From NCBI GenBank assembly GCA_964544385.1, contig CAZJCR010000003.1:1-53434 (forward strand): a stretch of 53,434 bases of DNA, written 5' to 3'. Each line of letters opens with the position of its first letter. Position 1 is the stretch's first letter. Shown here in pieces: positions 1 through 10,159 of this stretch. Made by a program: the position numbers and the translations under genes. The notes under the pieces were generated by a model. That model did not search any database. It was not told the DNA's origin and was given only the letters and a program-made list of their open reading frames with translations. The DNA comes from an uncultured Bacteroidales bacterium. GTDB lineage: Bacteria > Bacteroidota > Bacteroidia > Bacteroidales > SZUA-534.

Positions 1-2536
1 TATTATCTAATAATATTGATATAGTATTGTTGCCTAACGATTTAGATATATTAACCGGTAGTTTAAATTTAATTGAATCGCGATAATATAAACCAGGAAT
101 TTTTTTTTCAAACTCTTCGATACTTAAATCGGGGTATGTGCGTAGTAGTTTTATCGCAAAAGTGTCGCGAGTAGTTTTGGCTATGTTTTTAACAACAATG
201 TTTACAATAAACGAGTCGGTATTATTAGTTAAATTTTCGGGATATGTGTTAATATCAGACTGATTAGTAGTAAAGTCGGGTTTGTTAAAACTATTTAAAA
301 CAATAAGTGGGTCGCCGTTTAAATTAAACCCATGTATTGTAATTTTCGATTTACCAGTAGTGCCGGCTATAGCTGCCATATTTGATTGTGCAGCCTGTAT
401 AATTTTACCTGTTGGCTGGGCATAGCTAGTTTTTGTAAGTTGTTTGTAAAAACCATCAGAATACTGGTTTAATTGGTACTGGTATCCCTGATAAACCATT
501 GCAAAAAAGCCTATTGCACCTTTGTTTGCAATTAGTGTCCATTCTTCGCTTTGGCTCGATTTTCCGGGTAAAAATATATTGCCCGAATAACATGAATTGG
601 CAATTATTAATGGGTATTTATTAATGTTATTATAAGCCGATGGCTGGTCAATATTTTGGTCGAAACCGGTTGACGAACCGTGGCCAAAAAATGTTATTAA
701 CGATACTCCACCGTTAATAAGGCTTGTAATGCTGTCGGTTTTCGACATTGATATAGGATCTGACGATTTTTTAAGGAAAGTGTTAACGTTACCTCCAAAA
801 TACTCGTCTTCAATAATAATCTCGTATTTTTTTAAATAGCTTGCAAATAGTTGTTGTTCAAAAGCATTGTTACCTCCTCCAAAATGTATTATGCGTTTCA
901 TCCACTCTTCAACATTGTTACGTTCAAACATTTGAACTTTTTCGAGGTAATTTGTTACTTCAGTGTTTTGAGTTGCAGGTATTCGTCCAATTGCAACCGA
1001 CGAAACTATGGGGCTGCCATTTATAGTTTTGCAGCCAAGCAAAACATCAGATGCCGGAACGCCCATTGGCGGTACTATGCACGAATTAAAATTGGTTGCG
1101 TTAAAACGTGTTTTATCGGCCGATATTCCTTTGCCTATAATTATCAAAAATTCAGGTTTTTGAGACCAATTGTTTAAGGTATAACTTAAAAAATTCCTTA
1201 TCGATAATGGGTGGTTTTTTATTCCATAGCCAAACTGATCATAAATATCATTGGTATAAACAATGTATGCATCGCGATAAGCGGCATATTGTTGAGCCGA
1301 GTTTTGTAATGAATAGTTGGTTATAATTATTGTTTTTTTGTTTTTACCAGCATGGTTTGTTATTGGGCTTTTAGTTATAGTTGCGTTTGTAATTATTTGG
1401 CTTGTGTTTGTTATAAACATTTGCGGTTGTATTACCGATGCAGGTATTAATGCTTTAACTATGTTGTTTTCAACTTTTGTTAAAATGCGTTTGTTGTTTG
1501 ATAAGTCGTATATTATGGGTGTGGTGTTGTTTGTTATAAAATTACTTATCTCAATATAGGTTTTATTCTCGTTAGCGGTTTCAAAGTAAAAATGTTTTTG
1601 GCTTTGATTGTTAAAATCGAATAATGCGGGATAGGCTATTTTAATATATGAAACGGCAATGTTCGATGTTACCGAGTTTTGGTCGTTAATATTTGAAAAT
1701 TCAATTTTATTGTCTGTTGTAAGATTATTTGTTTCAACTGTTTTTGAGTAATTAATAGTTTTATAACCGGTAAAAATTGTGTCAATAATTATACCGGCTC
1801 CATTTACCTTTATGTGGTGTTTGTGTGTTGAGTAGCTTATAAATGCTAACGAAACTTTTGATGGAATATCGGCAATATGTAAGTTTGGTGTCGAAACTGT
1901 TTTTGTAATTGTACGACCAAGTGTAACTAAAATATCGTCGAACCAGCCTTCGGCTTCGGTATATTCACTGTCGACAGGGTCATTGTCGCCTTCGTAATAT
2001 TTTTTCGTAAATTGTACTAACGTGTCGCAAAAGCAAAATTGTTTTGGTTGGTTTCCTGTAAAGTTTTGGTCGTCGACTGTAATGAGCCGTTTATTGTTAA
2101 AATTTTTGTTCCAGGTTAAAAATACCGAAGCTGTATCGGTAATAAGGCTGTGGTATGGGTTTGTTTGGGTGTTTGGCAAGCTGTACATGCCAACATCGAA
2201 CCAGCCGTCGTTTGCTTTAGCGAAAAACTCAATATAGTTTAGTATGCCGGTTTGTTCGCCATCAACATAAACCGGAATTTCAACCCCGTTCTGAAAAAGT
2301 TGCAAATTTTGTGGCGAAAAACTACCGGTTGGTATACCCGCATTTGCTAATTGTGTAGCAGTAATTTTATAAACGCCTGTACGCTCAATGTTAATTTTAT
2401 AATATTGTTGATTATAGTTTATCCATTCGTTACCAATATTTTGTGCATCAATAATAGATATATAAAAATGCAATATTACAATGAGTAATAAATAGGGGTT
2501 AACTTTACAAAAAGTTTTGTTTAAAAAATTACTCAT
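1..2536 (-). CDS. Peptidase C25 (gingipain-family) cysteine peptidase, PorU-like T9SS sortase candidate; N-terminal 845 codons only, gene runs off the left edge
   Basis: Absent from the ORF track because no stop lies in the window. My translation of the minus strand from ATG 2536-2534 stays open to position 2: MSNFLNKTFCKVNPYLLLIVILHFYISIIDAQNIGNEWINYNQQYYKINIERTGVYKITATQLANAGIP... It carries C25-type catalytic contexts LITFFGHGSSTGF (about 700-660) and LIIANSCYSGN (about 610-580). Its start lies 7 nt after the stop of the upstream barrel gene. Confidence 0.7.
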   Translation of the reverse strand, partial: MSNFLNKTFCKVNPYLLLIVILHFYISIIDAQNIGNEWINYNQQYYKINIERTGVYKITATQLANAGIPTGSFSPQNLQLFQNGVEIPVYVDGEQTGILNYIEFFAKANDGWFDVGMYSLPNTQTNPYHSLITDTASVFLTWNKNFNNKRLITVDDQNFTGNQPKQFCFCDTLVQFTKKYYEGDNDPVDSEYTEAEGWFDDILVTLGRTITKTVSTPNLHIADIPSKVSLAFISYSTHKHHIKVNGAGIIIDTIFTGYKTINYSKTVETNNLTTDNKIEFSNINDQNSVTSNIAVSYIKIAYPALFDFNNQSQKHFYFETANENKTYIEISNFITNNTTPIIYDLSNNKRILTKVENNIVKALIPASVIQPQMFITNTSQIITNATITKSPITNHAGKNKKTIIITNYSLQNSAQQYAAYRDAYIVYTNDIYDQFGYGIKNHPLSIRNFLSYTLNNWSQKPEFLIIIGKGISADKTRFNATNFNSCIVPPMGVPASDVLLGCKTINGSPIVSSVAIGRIPATQNTEVTNYLEKVQMFERNNVEEWMKRIIHFGGGNNAFEQQLFASYLKKYEIIIEDEYFGGNVNTFLKKSSDPISMSKTDSITSLINGGVSLITFFGHGSSTGFDQNIDQPSAYNNINKYPLIIANSCYSGNIFLPGKSSQSEEWTLIANKGAIGFFAMVYQGYQYQLNQYSDGFYKQLTKTSYAQPTGKIIQAAQSNMAAIAGTTGKSKITIHGFNLNGDPLIVLNSFNKPDFTTNQSDINTYPENLTNNTDSFIVNIVVKNIAKTTRDTFAIKLLRTYPDLSIEEFEKKIPGLYYRDSIKFKLPVNISKSLGNNTISILLDN

Positions 2537-2543
2537 ACCAAAA

Positions 2544-3650
2544 TCAAAATTTTTTATTGTTTTTATTGGGTACAATTGAATAACACAGGCTAAAAATATG
2601 TGAATAACCTACAGACGAAACGTTACCAATATCGGTAAGGGCATAATTAACCGATAGTTTTTTGTAATTAAAACCTAAGCCAATTGACGGAACGCTGGTT
2701 AAATTTTTTTTACCATCAAAGTTATACTCGTATTGTAAAAGGTTAATACCTGCTCTTAAAAATACCATTTTTTTAAACGATAATTCGGCGCCGGCGTGTG
2801 GGTCAACGCTAACAGAGTTTGTACGCAACAATACATTTCGTTTTCCGTCGGTGGTTATGTCGGCATTTAATTCAACTAACGATTCAAAGTTCTTGTTTAT
2901 CTCAAAAATACGCGATGCCCCTAAAATAACTTTTGGCAGAGTAATTTCAAGGCTATTATCGGGTATTATGTTGCCAGTAAGCAAAAAAACTTCTTCGAGT
3001 TCGGTAGTGTTAAACCACCAAAAATTAAATGTTGTTGAAATGTCGCGAAGCATAACACCAAAAAGCCATTTGTCGATATTATATTTAGCTGAAATATCGA
3101 GCCCAAACCCCCAGGCTTTTGCAAAATTACCGCCAACTCGATTTATTATTTTTAAGTTACCGCCAACCGATAACCCATTTATTGGTAATAACCTTGAGTA
3201 CGAACAAAAAAAGGCATAATCGGCAACCGAAAACGATTTTATGCGGTCGAACCTTAAATTGCCATTTACATCAATTAGCTGCAAAGTGTTAGGTATATTG
3301 TCGACACCAAAACGTATTAACGAAAAAGCCAAAGCCGATTTATTGTCGGGCTTAAAAGCAAGTGCACCATAATCGTATTGCGACAAACCAGCAAAATATT
3401 CAGAGTGCATTACCGATAAATTTACAGGGTTATCGAGGTTTACTAAGGCCGCAGGGTTCCAATATGTAGCATCAACTCCCGATACCGACGAAACAACAGC
3501 ATTACCCATAGCAAAAGCTCGGGCACCAACACCTATCGATAAAAATTCGTTCGAATATTTGGGGCTGTTTTGCCCTTTTATTGTGTTTGAAACAATATGT
3601 ACCATTAAAATGGTCAATATTATTTTTAAACCATTATTATGCATAAACAA
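2544..3650 (-). CDS. PorV/PorQ-family outer-membrane beta-barrel protein (T9SS-associated)
   Basis: 368-aa ORF with a signal peptide. The N-terminal motif EFLSIGVGARAFAMGNAVVSSVSGVDATYWNPAAL is characteristic of the PorV/PorQ family. Strand-like alternating pattern throughout. Likely forms an operon with the C25 peptidase gene. Confidence 0.65.
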   Translation of the reverse strand: MFMHNNGLKIILTILMVHIVSNTIKGQNSPKYSNEFLSIGVGARAFAMGNAVVSSVSGVDATYWNPAALVNLDNPVNLSVMHSEYFAGLSQYDYGALAFKPDNKSALAFSLIRFGVDNIPNTLQLIDVNGNLRFDRIKSFSVADYAFFCSYSRLLPINGLSVGGNLKIINRVGGNFAKAWGFGLDISAKYNIDKWLFGVMLRDISTTFNFWWFNTTELEEVFLLTGNIIPDNSLEITLPKVILGASRIFEINKNFESLVELNADITTDGKRNVLLRTNSVSVDPHAGAELSFKKMVFLRAGINLLQYEYNFDGKKNLTSVPSIGLGFNYKKLSVNYALTDIGNVSSVGYSHIFSLCYSIVPNKNNKKF

Positions 3651-3733
3651 ATTGTGTTGACGAGCAATTTAAAAACAAATTTGCAAACAAGGCCTTATTT
3701 ATAAGCATAGTTAAAAAATTAGAATGTTGAAAG

Positions 3734-3741
3734 CAAAAATA
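3734..3741 (-). promoter_or_regulatory. Bacteroidota -7 promoter box TAnnTTTG (TATTTTTG on minus strand)
   Basis: Exact match CAAAAATA on the plus strand, 83 nt upstream of the 3650 start. Confidence 0.35.
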
Positions 3742-3800
3742 GTTTATTGAAATTCATAAACTATATGCATCAATAAATTTACGCAACAAATTAAAATATA

Positions 3801-3808
3801 TACATTTG
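3801..3808 (+). promoter_or_regulatory. Bacteroidota -7 promoter box TAnnTTTG (TACATTTG)
   Basis: Exact match 50 nt upstream of the pssA ATG at 3859. Confidence 0.4.
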
Positions 3809-3858
3809 TTGTTATAAACACTATATAACATTAAAAAGTTAAAACAAAAAACAAACCA

Positions 3859-4602
3859 ATGAACAATAAAACTTTTTTTTCATTTGTACCAAATACAATT
3901 ACCTCGTTAAACGTACTTTCGGGATGTTTTTCGGTTGTTATGGCTTTCGAAGGTAATTTAATGGCAGCGGGAGCATTAATTGTATTAGCATCAATTTTCG
4001 ATTTTTTTGATGGAATGTCGGCAAGGTTACTAAAAGCTTATTCGCCAATGGGTAAAGAACTCGATTCATTAGCCGACGTTATTAGTTTTGGACTTGCTCC
4101 TTCGGTAATAGTTTCGCAACACATTAAAAATATTATAGCTATTGATGCACCGTTAATAAGTATGCCTATTGCAGCCATTTTACTAATTTTATTTCCCTAC
4201 ATAATTACCGTTTTTTCGGCATTAAGGCTGGCAAAATTCAATATCGATACTCGTCAAAGCGAGTCGTTTATTGGGTTGCCAACCCCGGCAAATGCAATTT
4301 TTTGGGCCGCGGTACCATATATAGTAAGTTTTTACGACACCACTTTTTTTGCAAATATTTTCAACAACCTTGTTATATTAATATTGTTAGTTATTGTTTT
4401 TAGTGGTTTGTTAGTTGCCGAACTACCTTTGTTTTCGCTAAAAGTTAAAAACCTTAAATGGACCAATAATAAAACCCGATACATATTTCTTACATTAAGT
4501 ATTTTGTTTATTTTATTGTTCAGGTTTTCAGCATTATCGTTAATTATTATATTATATATTATAATGTCGGTTATCGAAAATATAGCCTGTAAAAAAAAAT
4601 AA
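3859..4602 (+). CDS. pssA: CDP-diacylglycerol--serine O-phosphatidyltransferase (phosphatidylserine synthase)
   Basis: 247 aa, polytopic. Carries the CDP-alcohol phosphatidyltransferase motif DFFDGMSARLLKAYSPMGKELDSLADVISFGLAP. Confidence 0.85.
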   Translation: MNNKTFFSFVPNTITSLNVLSGCFSVVMAFEGNLMAAGALIVLASIFDFFDGMSARLLKAYSPMGKELDSLADVISFGLAPSVIVSQHIKNIIAIDAPLISMPIAAILLILFPYIITVFSALRLAKFNIDTRQSESFIGLPTPANAIFWAAVPYIVSFYDTTFFANIFNNLVILILLVIVFSGLLVAELPLFSLKVKNLKWTNNKTRYIFLTLSILFILLFRFSALSLIIILYIIMSVIENIACKKK

Positions 4603-4669
4603 TACAAAAACATTTTTAAAGTACCTTATAAAACAAAATATTACTGGTAATAATTAAAGTTAATTTTAA

Positions 4670-4677
4670 TACTTTTG
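4670..4677 (+). promoter_or_regulatory. Bacteroidota -7 promoter box (TACTTTTG)
   Basis: Exact TAnnTTTG match 25 nt upstream of ATG 4703. Confidence 0.5.
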
Positions 4678-4702
4678 AATTAGCCAGATAATTAACATTA
4701 TA

Positions 4703-6250
4703 ATGGACGATAAATTAGTAAAAGCATACGGGAGTGCTGTTTTTGGTATAAATGCCACAACAATAACGGTTGAGGTTAATATATCAACCGGGGTAAATTT
4801 TCACTTAGTTGGCCTGCCCGATAGTGCCGTTAAAGAGAGCCAACCCAGAATTGTAGCAGCACTTAAAAACAGTGGTTATCAGTATCCCGGTAAAAAAATT
4901 GTAATTAACATGGCACCGGCCGATATACGCAAAGAAGGCTCGTCGTACGACCTTACCTTAGCAGTTGGAATATTAGCGGCAAGTAACCAGGTTAATAGCC
5001 AAAATCTTGCCGATTATATTATTATGGGCGAGCTCTCGCTCGATGGTACATTACACCCTATAAAAGGAGCTTTACCAATATCGATACAAGCACGTAAAGA
5101 GGGCTTTAAAGGTTTTATCCTGCCTTTACAAAATGCACGCGAGGCCGCCGTTGTTAACGACATAAATGTATATGGCGTTGAAAACATAAAACAGGTTATC
5201 GATTTTTTAAACGATAATTCAACAATTTTGCCAACTATTGTAAATACGCGCGACGAGTTTTATGCTGGTTTATCGTATCCCGAGTGCGATTTTTGTGATG
5301 TTCGTGGCCAGGAAAATGTAAAACGCGCCATGGAAATTGCTGCCGCAGGCGGCCACAATATAATTATGATAGGCCCCCCCGGAGCAGGAAAAACTATGTT
5401 GGCAAAACGGCTTGCAACTATATTACCACCATTTAATTTACACGAGGCACTCGAAACTACAAAAATACATTCGGTAGCAGGTAAAATAAACAAAGACACT
5501 GCATTAATGACTACCAGACCTTTCCGAAGCCCACACCATACAATATCCGATGTAGCTTTAGTTGGTGGGGGCGCATATCCACAACCAGGCGAAATATCGC
5601 TGGCTCATAATGGTGTACTTTTTTTAGACGAATTGCCCGAATTTCAACGTACAGTACTCGAAGTAATGCGACAACCTTTAGAAGATAGGGTTATTACTAT
5701 CTCGCGCGCAAAGTTTACTGTCGAATACCCGGCAAGTTTTATGCTTGTGGCTAGTATGAACCCTTGCCCTTGTGGATATTATAACCATCCCGAAAAGGAG
5801 TGCGTTTGTTCGCCTGGCCAGCGACAAAAGTACATGAATAAAATTAGTGGCCCGTTATTAGACCGTATCGACATACATATTGAGGTTGTGCCGGTACCAT
5901 TCGAAAAATTGTCGGGAAAAGAAAAACTTGAAACAAGTACAACCATACGCGAGCGGGTTACCGATGCTCGAAATTTACAACTCGAGCGGTTTGCACAGTC
6001 GAAAAACATTTATTGTAACGCCCAAATGAACACTAAACTTATTCGTAAATATTGCATTTTAAACGATGCATGTAACGCTCTTATTAAAAACGCTATGGAA
6101 AAACTTGGGTTAAGTGCAAGAGCTTACGACCGTATTCTAAAAGTATCGCGTACAATTGCCGACCTCGAAAAAGCCGAATCAATAGAGCCGCAACACTTAG
6201 CCGAGGCTATACAATACCGCAGCCTCGACCGCGAAAGCTGGGGAGCTTAA
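4703..6250 (+). CDS. comM: YifB/ComM family Mg-chelatase-like AAA+ ATPase
   Basis: 515 aa. N-terminal Lon-protease-like domain, Walker [15 protein letters not shown], a ChlI-type AAA core and a C-terminal helical domain. Confidence 0.9.
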   Translation: MDDKLVKAYGSAVFGINATTITVEVNISTGVNFHLVGLPDSAVKESQPRIVAALKNSGYQYPGKKIVINMAPADIRKEGSSYDLTLAVGILAASNQVNSQNLADYIIMGELSLDGTLHPIKGALPISIQARKEGFKGFILPLQNAREAAVVNDINVYGVENIKQVIDFLNDNSTILPTIVNTRDEFYAGLSYPECDFCDVRGQENVKRAMEIAAAGGHNIIMIGPPGAGKTMLAKRLATILPPFNLHEALETTKIHSVAGKINKDTALMTTRPFRSPHHTISDVALVGGGAYPQPGEISLAHNGVLFLDELPEFQRTVLEVMRQPLEDRVITISRAKFTVEYPASFMLVASMNPCPCGYYNHPEKECVCSPGQRQKYMNKISGPLLDRIDIHIEVVPVPFEKLSGKEKLETSTTIRERVTDARNLQLERFAQSKNIYCNAQMNTKLIRKYCILNDACNALIKNAMEKLGLSARAYDRILKVSRTIADLEKAESIEPQHLAEAIQYRSLDRESWGA

Positions 6251-7038
6251 ACAATACTGCCACGTATTTCTTTTATTTTTGTCGATAATTCATTCTCGGC
6301 TTCAATGTTACCAGGTTGCTCAATTACCTTGTCGATGCTTACAACAAGTTCTTTCAACAGCCCAAACAATGCTGTTTGGGTACCATCGTAAAAATTTTGC
6401 TCAATAAGATTAATTATTGTTTTTAACGATTCTTTATTATCGATAATTATTTTACGCAATGGTGCAGGGTCAACCGAAAAATCGATAGTACGTTCAACCA
6501 AATAAACACCCTCAACCCAACTGCCTATTAAAATGTTAAGTGCAATATCGTCGCGACCGGCCATGTTAAGTTGTGAGTTAACATCGGTAATAGCAACATT
6601 AATTATGCTAACAAGCGAGTCGTGATTAGCAATATTTGTATTTAACCGGTCAATATAATTGGCATTTCCAATCGGAATCTCAAGCTCTTCAACAAGTACC
6701 GAAAATGGCTTTAAGGTTGTTGTTAAATCGTTTTGTTTATTATATATGGCAAGGTAAGCAAGGTCGGCAGTATAAACACCTAAGGCAATACTTTTTTCTT
6801 TAATGGTAATATAATTAGTTACATTTTCCGATTTGTTAATAACATCAAAAATAAAGCTTGCCCCCGATTGGTTAAGGGCGTTAATTATCTTTTTTAAGTC
6901 GGGAGCCGGTATTTGGTTTTGTTTTTTTGTGTCATCAATACTAATGTTTTTAAAATTATCATCGGCTTTTTTCGACTGGTTGTTTGAACACGACATGAAT
7001 ATTAAAAGCGCAGTTAACGTTAAAAGTATAGTTTTCAT
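6247..7038 (-). CDS. Hypothetical lipoprotein
   Basis: 263 aa with lipoprotein signal [21 protein letters not shown] recognise no family. Its stop overlaps the comM stop within TTAA at 6247-6250. Confidence 0.55.
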   Translation of the reverse strand: MKTILLTLTALLIFMSCSNNQSKKADDNFKNISIDDTKKQNQIPAPDLKKIINALNQSGASFIFDVINKSENVTNYITIKEKSIALGVYTADLAYLAIYNKQNDLTTTLKPFSVLVEELEIPIGNANYIDRLNTNIANHDSLVSIINVAITDVNSQLNMAGRDDIALNILIGSWVEGVYLVERTIDFSVDPAPLRKIIIDNKESLKTIINLIEQNFYDGTQTALFGLLKELVVSIDKVIEQPGNIEAENELSTKIKEIRGSIV

Positions 7039-7324
7039 TGTTAAGTGTTTAAACGTTTATAAATGTTAATTTTTTATAAAAAAATATTTTTAAAAAGCAA
7101 CAAACGTAAAGTTATAATAAATAAGCAATAACATGAATGAATTATATATAATTTTCAGATAAATAAGTAAATAAATGTATCATTACATTAAAAAGAATAA
7201 AAAAATATGATAAATACGAGCCATATAAAAAGAGTTAAAAAGGCTAAAACCCCTTAAAAACATTGGTAAAAGGCGATACTAACAAATTTATGTTGATAAA
7301 TATTGTTGGTTTAAATTATAGTTG

Positions 7325-7332
7325 TATTTTTG
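7325..7332 (+). promoter_or_regulatory. Bacteroidota -7 promoter box (TATTTTTG) for the rplM-rpsI operon
   Basis: Exact TAnnTTTG match 64 nt upstream of the rplM GTG start. Confidence 0.45.
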
Positions 7333-7396
7333 CACTCCACATTTGGGGAACAATATCACGTTGTATATATGTATTAATTAAAAAGTTAGGAGTAAA

Positions 7397-7852
7397 GTGA
7401 ACACGTTAAGTTACAAAACACAATCGGCAAACAAGGCCACCGTAAACAAACAGTGGGTTGTTATCGACGCAACCGACCAGGTTTTAGGCCGCCTTGCAAC
7501 TGGTGTTGCTTTCGTTTTAAGGGGGAAGCACAAACCAGACTTCACTCCTCATGTTGATTGCGGTGATAATGTAATAGTTATCAATGCTGAAAAAGTTCAG
7601 CTAACCGGCAACAAGTGGAGCGACAAAGAATACGTTAGCCATACTGGGTATCCTGGGGGTCAGCGTACAATTACAGCTGAAAAGCTGATGGCAAAAAACC
7701 AAATTGCCATGGTAGAAAAAGCAGTAAAAGGTATGTTACCAAAAAACCGTTTAGGTAGTGCCCTTTACCGCAATTTATTTGTTTATGCAGGTAATGAGCA
7801 CCCACATGCTGCTCAACAACCTGAAGTTATCAGTTTAAACTCAATTAAGTAA
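7397..7852 (+). CDS. rplM: 50S ribosomal protein L13
   Basis: 151 aa: (V/M)NTLSYKTQSANKATVNKQWVVIDATDQVLGRLAT...RGKHKPDFTPHVDCGDNVIVINAEKV, typical of L13. GTG start preceded by AGGAG at 7388-7392. Confidence 0.95.
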   Translation: MNTLSYKTQSANKATVNKQWVVIDATDQVLGRLATGVAFVLRGKHKPDFTPHVDCGDNVIVINAEKVQLTGNKWSDKEYVSHTGYPGGQRTITAEKLMAKNQIAMVEKAVKGMLPKNRLGSALYRNLFVYAGNEHPHAAQQPEVISLNSIK

Positions 7853-7858
7853 CAAAAC

Positions 7859-8245
7859 ATGGAAGTTATTAATGCAGTAGGACGCAGAAAATCTGCAGTT
7901 GCTCGTGTTTATGTAAGCCAGGGGACAGGTAAAGTTACTGTAAACGACAAAGAGTTGAAAGATTATTTTACAACAGGTATCCTTCAATACATTGTTTTAC
8001 AGCCTTTATCAAAATTAAACCTTGTCGATAAATTCGATGTAAAAGTTAACGTTGACGGAGGAGGTTATAAAGGCCAGGCCGAAGCTATACGCCTTGGTAT
8101 TTCGAGGGTATTAGTTAAACTCGAACCCGAGAACCGCCCGGCTTTAAAAGCCGAAGGGTTTCTTACACGTAACCCACACGAAGTTGAACGTAAAAAACCG
8201 GGACAGAAAAAAGCACGTAAGAAATTCCAGTTCAGTAAGCGTTAA
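7859..8245 (+). CDS. rpsI: 30S ribosomal protein S9
   Basis: 128 aa: GRRKSAVARV...GGGYKGQAEAIRLGISRVL...RKKPGQKKARKKFQFSKR. Confidence 0.95.
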   Translation: MEVINAVGRRKSAVARVYVSQGTGKVTVNDKELKDYFTTGILQYIVLQPLSKLNLVDKFDVKVNVDGGGYKGQAEAIRLGISRVLVKLEPENRPALKAEGFLTRNPHEVERKKPGQKKARKKFQFSKR

Positions 8246-8415
8246 TCCTGCTGTTTTCGAATTTCGTTTAGTATCTAAATTGTTAAGACTTCTTGCGCAA
8301 AGAATGGTTCAGATATTGTTTTTCAATTATCAAGGGCACAATAGTCTCAAAGTCACCAATAAGAACTACTTAGCGATTGCTTTTTAAAAGAATGTAAACG
8401 AGTAAAAAAATTAAA

Positions 8416-9297
8416 ATGTCAAGAGTAAATTTTCAAGATCTATTAGACGCAGGTGCACACTTCGGTCACCTTAAGAGAAAATGGAACCCTGCAATGGCAC
8501 CATATATTTTTATGGAGCGCAATGGTATCCACATTATCGATCTTCAAAAAACCGTTGTAAAAGTTGATGAGGCGGCTGCCGCCCTTAAACAAATAGCCAA
8601 ATCGGGGCGCAAAATTTTATTTGTGGCCACCAAAAAACAGGCTAAAGACATTGTTGCCGAACGTGTTTCAAAAGTTAACATGCCATATGTTACCGAACGT
8701 TGGTCGGGCGGTATGTTAACAAATTTCCCTACTATACGCAAGGCTGTTAAAAAAATGACATCTATCGATAAAATGTCGACTGATGGCACTTTTGACCACC
8801 TTTCGAAACGTGAAAAACTACAAATTCAACGTGAGCGGGCCAAGCTTGAAAAAAACCTTGGTAGTATTGCCGATCTTACAAGGTTACCAGCAGCTCTTTT
8901 TGTTATTGATATCCATAAAGAAAAAATTGCAATTGCCGAGGCACGCAGGTTACAAATACCTATTTTTGCTATTGTCGATACCAACTCGAATCCTAATTTG
9001 GTCGATTATGTTATACCAGGTAACGACGACGCTGCTAAAGCAATTGACCTTATTGTTACAGCCATGACCAATGCTATACAAGAGGGCAACATGGAACGTA
9101 AAGCCGATAAAGACAAAGAACCCGGCGATAAAGACCAAAAACCATCGAAAAAAGACGCCACTACCAATGCAAAAAAATCGGCAGCTAAATTAGTTGACGA
9201 TGATGATGTTGACGATGATGATGTTGACGATGATGACGAAATTGAAGAAGACGAAATTATTGATGGCGACGATGCTGTTGAAGATATCGAAGATTAA
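8416..9297 (+). CDS. rpsB: 30S ribosomal protein S2 with a long charged C-terminal tail
   Basis: 293 aa: LLDAGAHFGHLKRKWNPAMAPYIF...RNGIHIIDLQKT. The last ~65 aa are Lys-rich and then poly-Asp/Glu. Confidence 0.95.
   Translation: MSRVNFQDLLDAGAHFGHLKRKWNPAMAPYIFMERNGIHIIDLQKTVVKVDEAAAALKQIAKSGRKILFVATKKQAKDIVAERVSKVNMPYVTERWSGGMLTNFPTIRKAVKKMTSIDKMSTDGTFDHLSKREKLQIQRERAKLEKNLGSIADLTRLPAALFVIDIHKEKIAIAEARRLQIPIFAIVDTNSNPNLVDYVIPGNDDAAKAIDLIVTAMTNAIQEGNMERKADKDKEPGDKDQKPSKKDATTNAKKSAAKLVDDDDVDDDDVDDDDEIEEDEIIDGDDAVEDIED
9196..9237 (+). repeat. 15-nt tandem repeat (GACGATGATGATGTT x2.8) encoding DDDDV repeats in the rpsB tail
   Basis: Read directly: gacgatgatgatgtt gacgatgatgatgtt gacgatgatgac. 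Confidence 0.9.
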
Positions 9298-9316
9298 TCA
9301 CTAAAAATATTATATT

Positions 9317-10141
9317 ATGTCTATTCAAGCTGCTGATGTAGCAAAATTAAGAAAAATGACCGGCGCAGGTATGATGGACTGTAAAAAAGCCCTTACCGAA
9401 TCGAACGGAGATTTTGACCGCGCTGTTCAAATTATCCGCGAACGCGGACAAGCTATTGCAAATAAACGTGCCGACCGTGAAGCTACCGAAGGCGCCGTTA
9501 TTGCAAAAGTATCGGCCGATGGAAAAAATGGTGCTATTATTGCACTTAATTGCGAAACCGATTTTGTTGCAAAAAACGACGATTTTGTTAAACTTGCCAA
9601 CGATATTTGCGATTTAGCTTTAGCTAAACTTCCTAATTCAACCGACGAATTCCTTGCTGTTGATTTTGGCGGTAAAAGCTTAGCCGATACTATTGTTGAA
9701 AAAAGCGGTATTACAGGCGAAAAAATGGAATTGGCCTATTACGATAAAGTATCGGCCGAATCGGTTGTTGCTTATATTCACATGGGAAACAAACTTGCAA
9801 CCCTTATTGGTTTTAACCAACCCAATGTTGACATTCAAGTTGGTAAAGACGTTGCTATGCAGGCCGCTGCTATGTCGCCTGTTGCAATTGACAAAACCGA
9901 TGTTCCTGCTAATATTATTGACGAGGAATTACTTATTGCAAAAGAAAAAGCACGTTTAGAAGGTAAACCTGAAGAAATGCTTGATAAAATTGCTCAAGGA
10001 CGCCTTGCAAAGTTTTTTAAGGAATCGACTTTATTAAACCAGGAATGTGTTAAAGATAATAAATTAACTATTGCTCAGTTGCTTGCAAATTCGAGTAAAG
10101 GACTTACCGTTACAGCAATGAAACGCTACGCCTTAAAATAG
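9317..10141 (+). CDS. tsf: Translation elongation factor Ts
   Basis: 274 aa. N-terminal UBA-like AADVAKLRKMTGAGMMDCKKALTESNGD. Immediately downstream of rpsB, as in most bacteria. Confidence 0.95.
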   Translation: MSIQAADVAKLRKMTGAGMMDCKKALTESNGDFDRAVQIIRERGQAIANKRADREATEGAVIAKVSADGKNGAIIALNCETDFVAKNDDFVKLANDICDLALAKLPNSTDEFLAVDFGGKSLADTIVEKSGITGEKMELAYYDKVSAESVVAYIHMGNKLATLIGFNQPNVDIQVGKDVAMQAAAMSPVAIDKTDVPANIIDEELLIAKEKARLEGKPEEMLDKIAQGRLAKFFKESTLLNQECVKDNKLTIAQLLANSSKGLTVTAMKRYALK

Positions 10142-10159
10142 TTTTTTAATAATATTATT

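Noticed and set aside
6247-6250. Convergent genes sharing overlapping stop codons within TTAA
   Set aside because: A trivial consequence of compact gene packing, with no regulatory implication I can support.
7039-7396. 358-nt AT-rich gap upstream of rplM, checked for a tRNA, a small RNA or a peptide gene (for example the 16-codon ATG ORF near 7207)
   Set aside because: No cloverleaf-compatible or otherwise structured segment was seen, and the mini-ORF has no supporting signal. Apart from the promoter box and leader reported above, I see nothing there.
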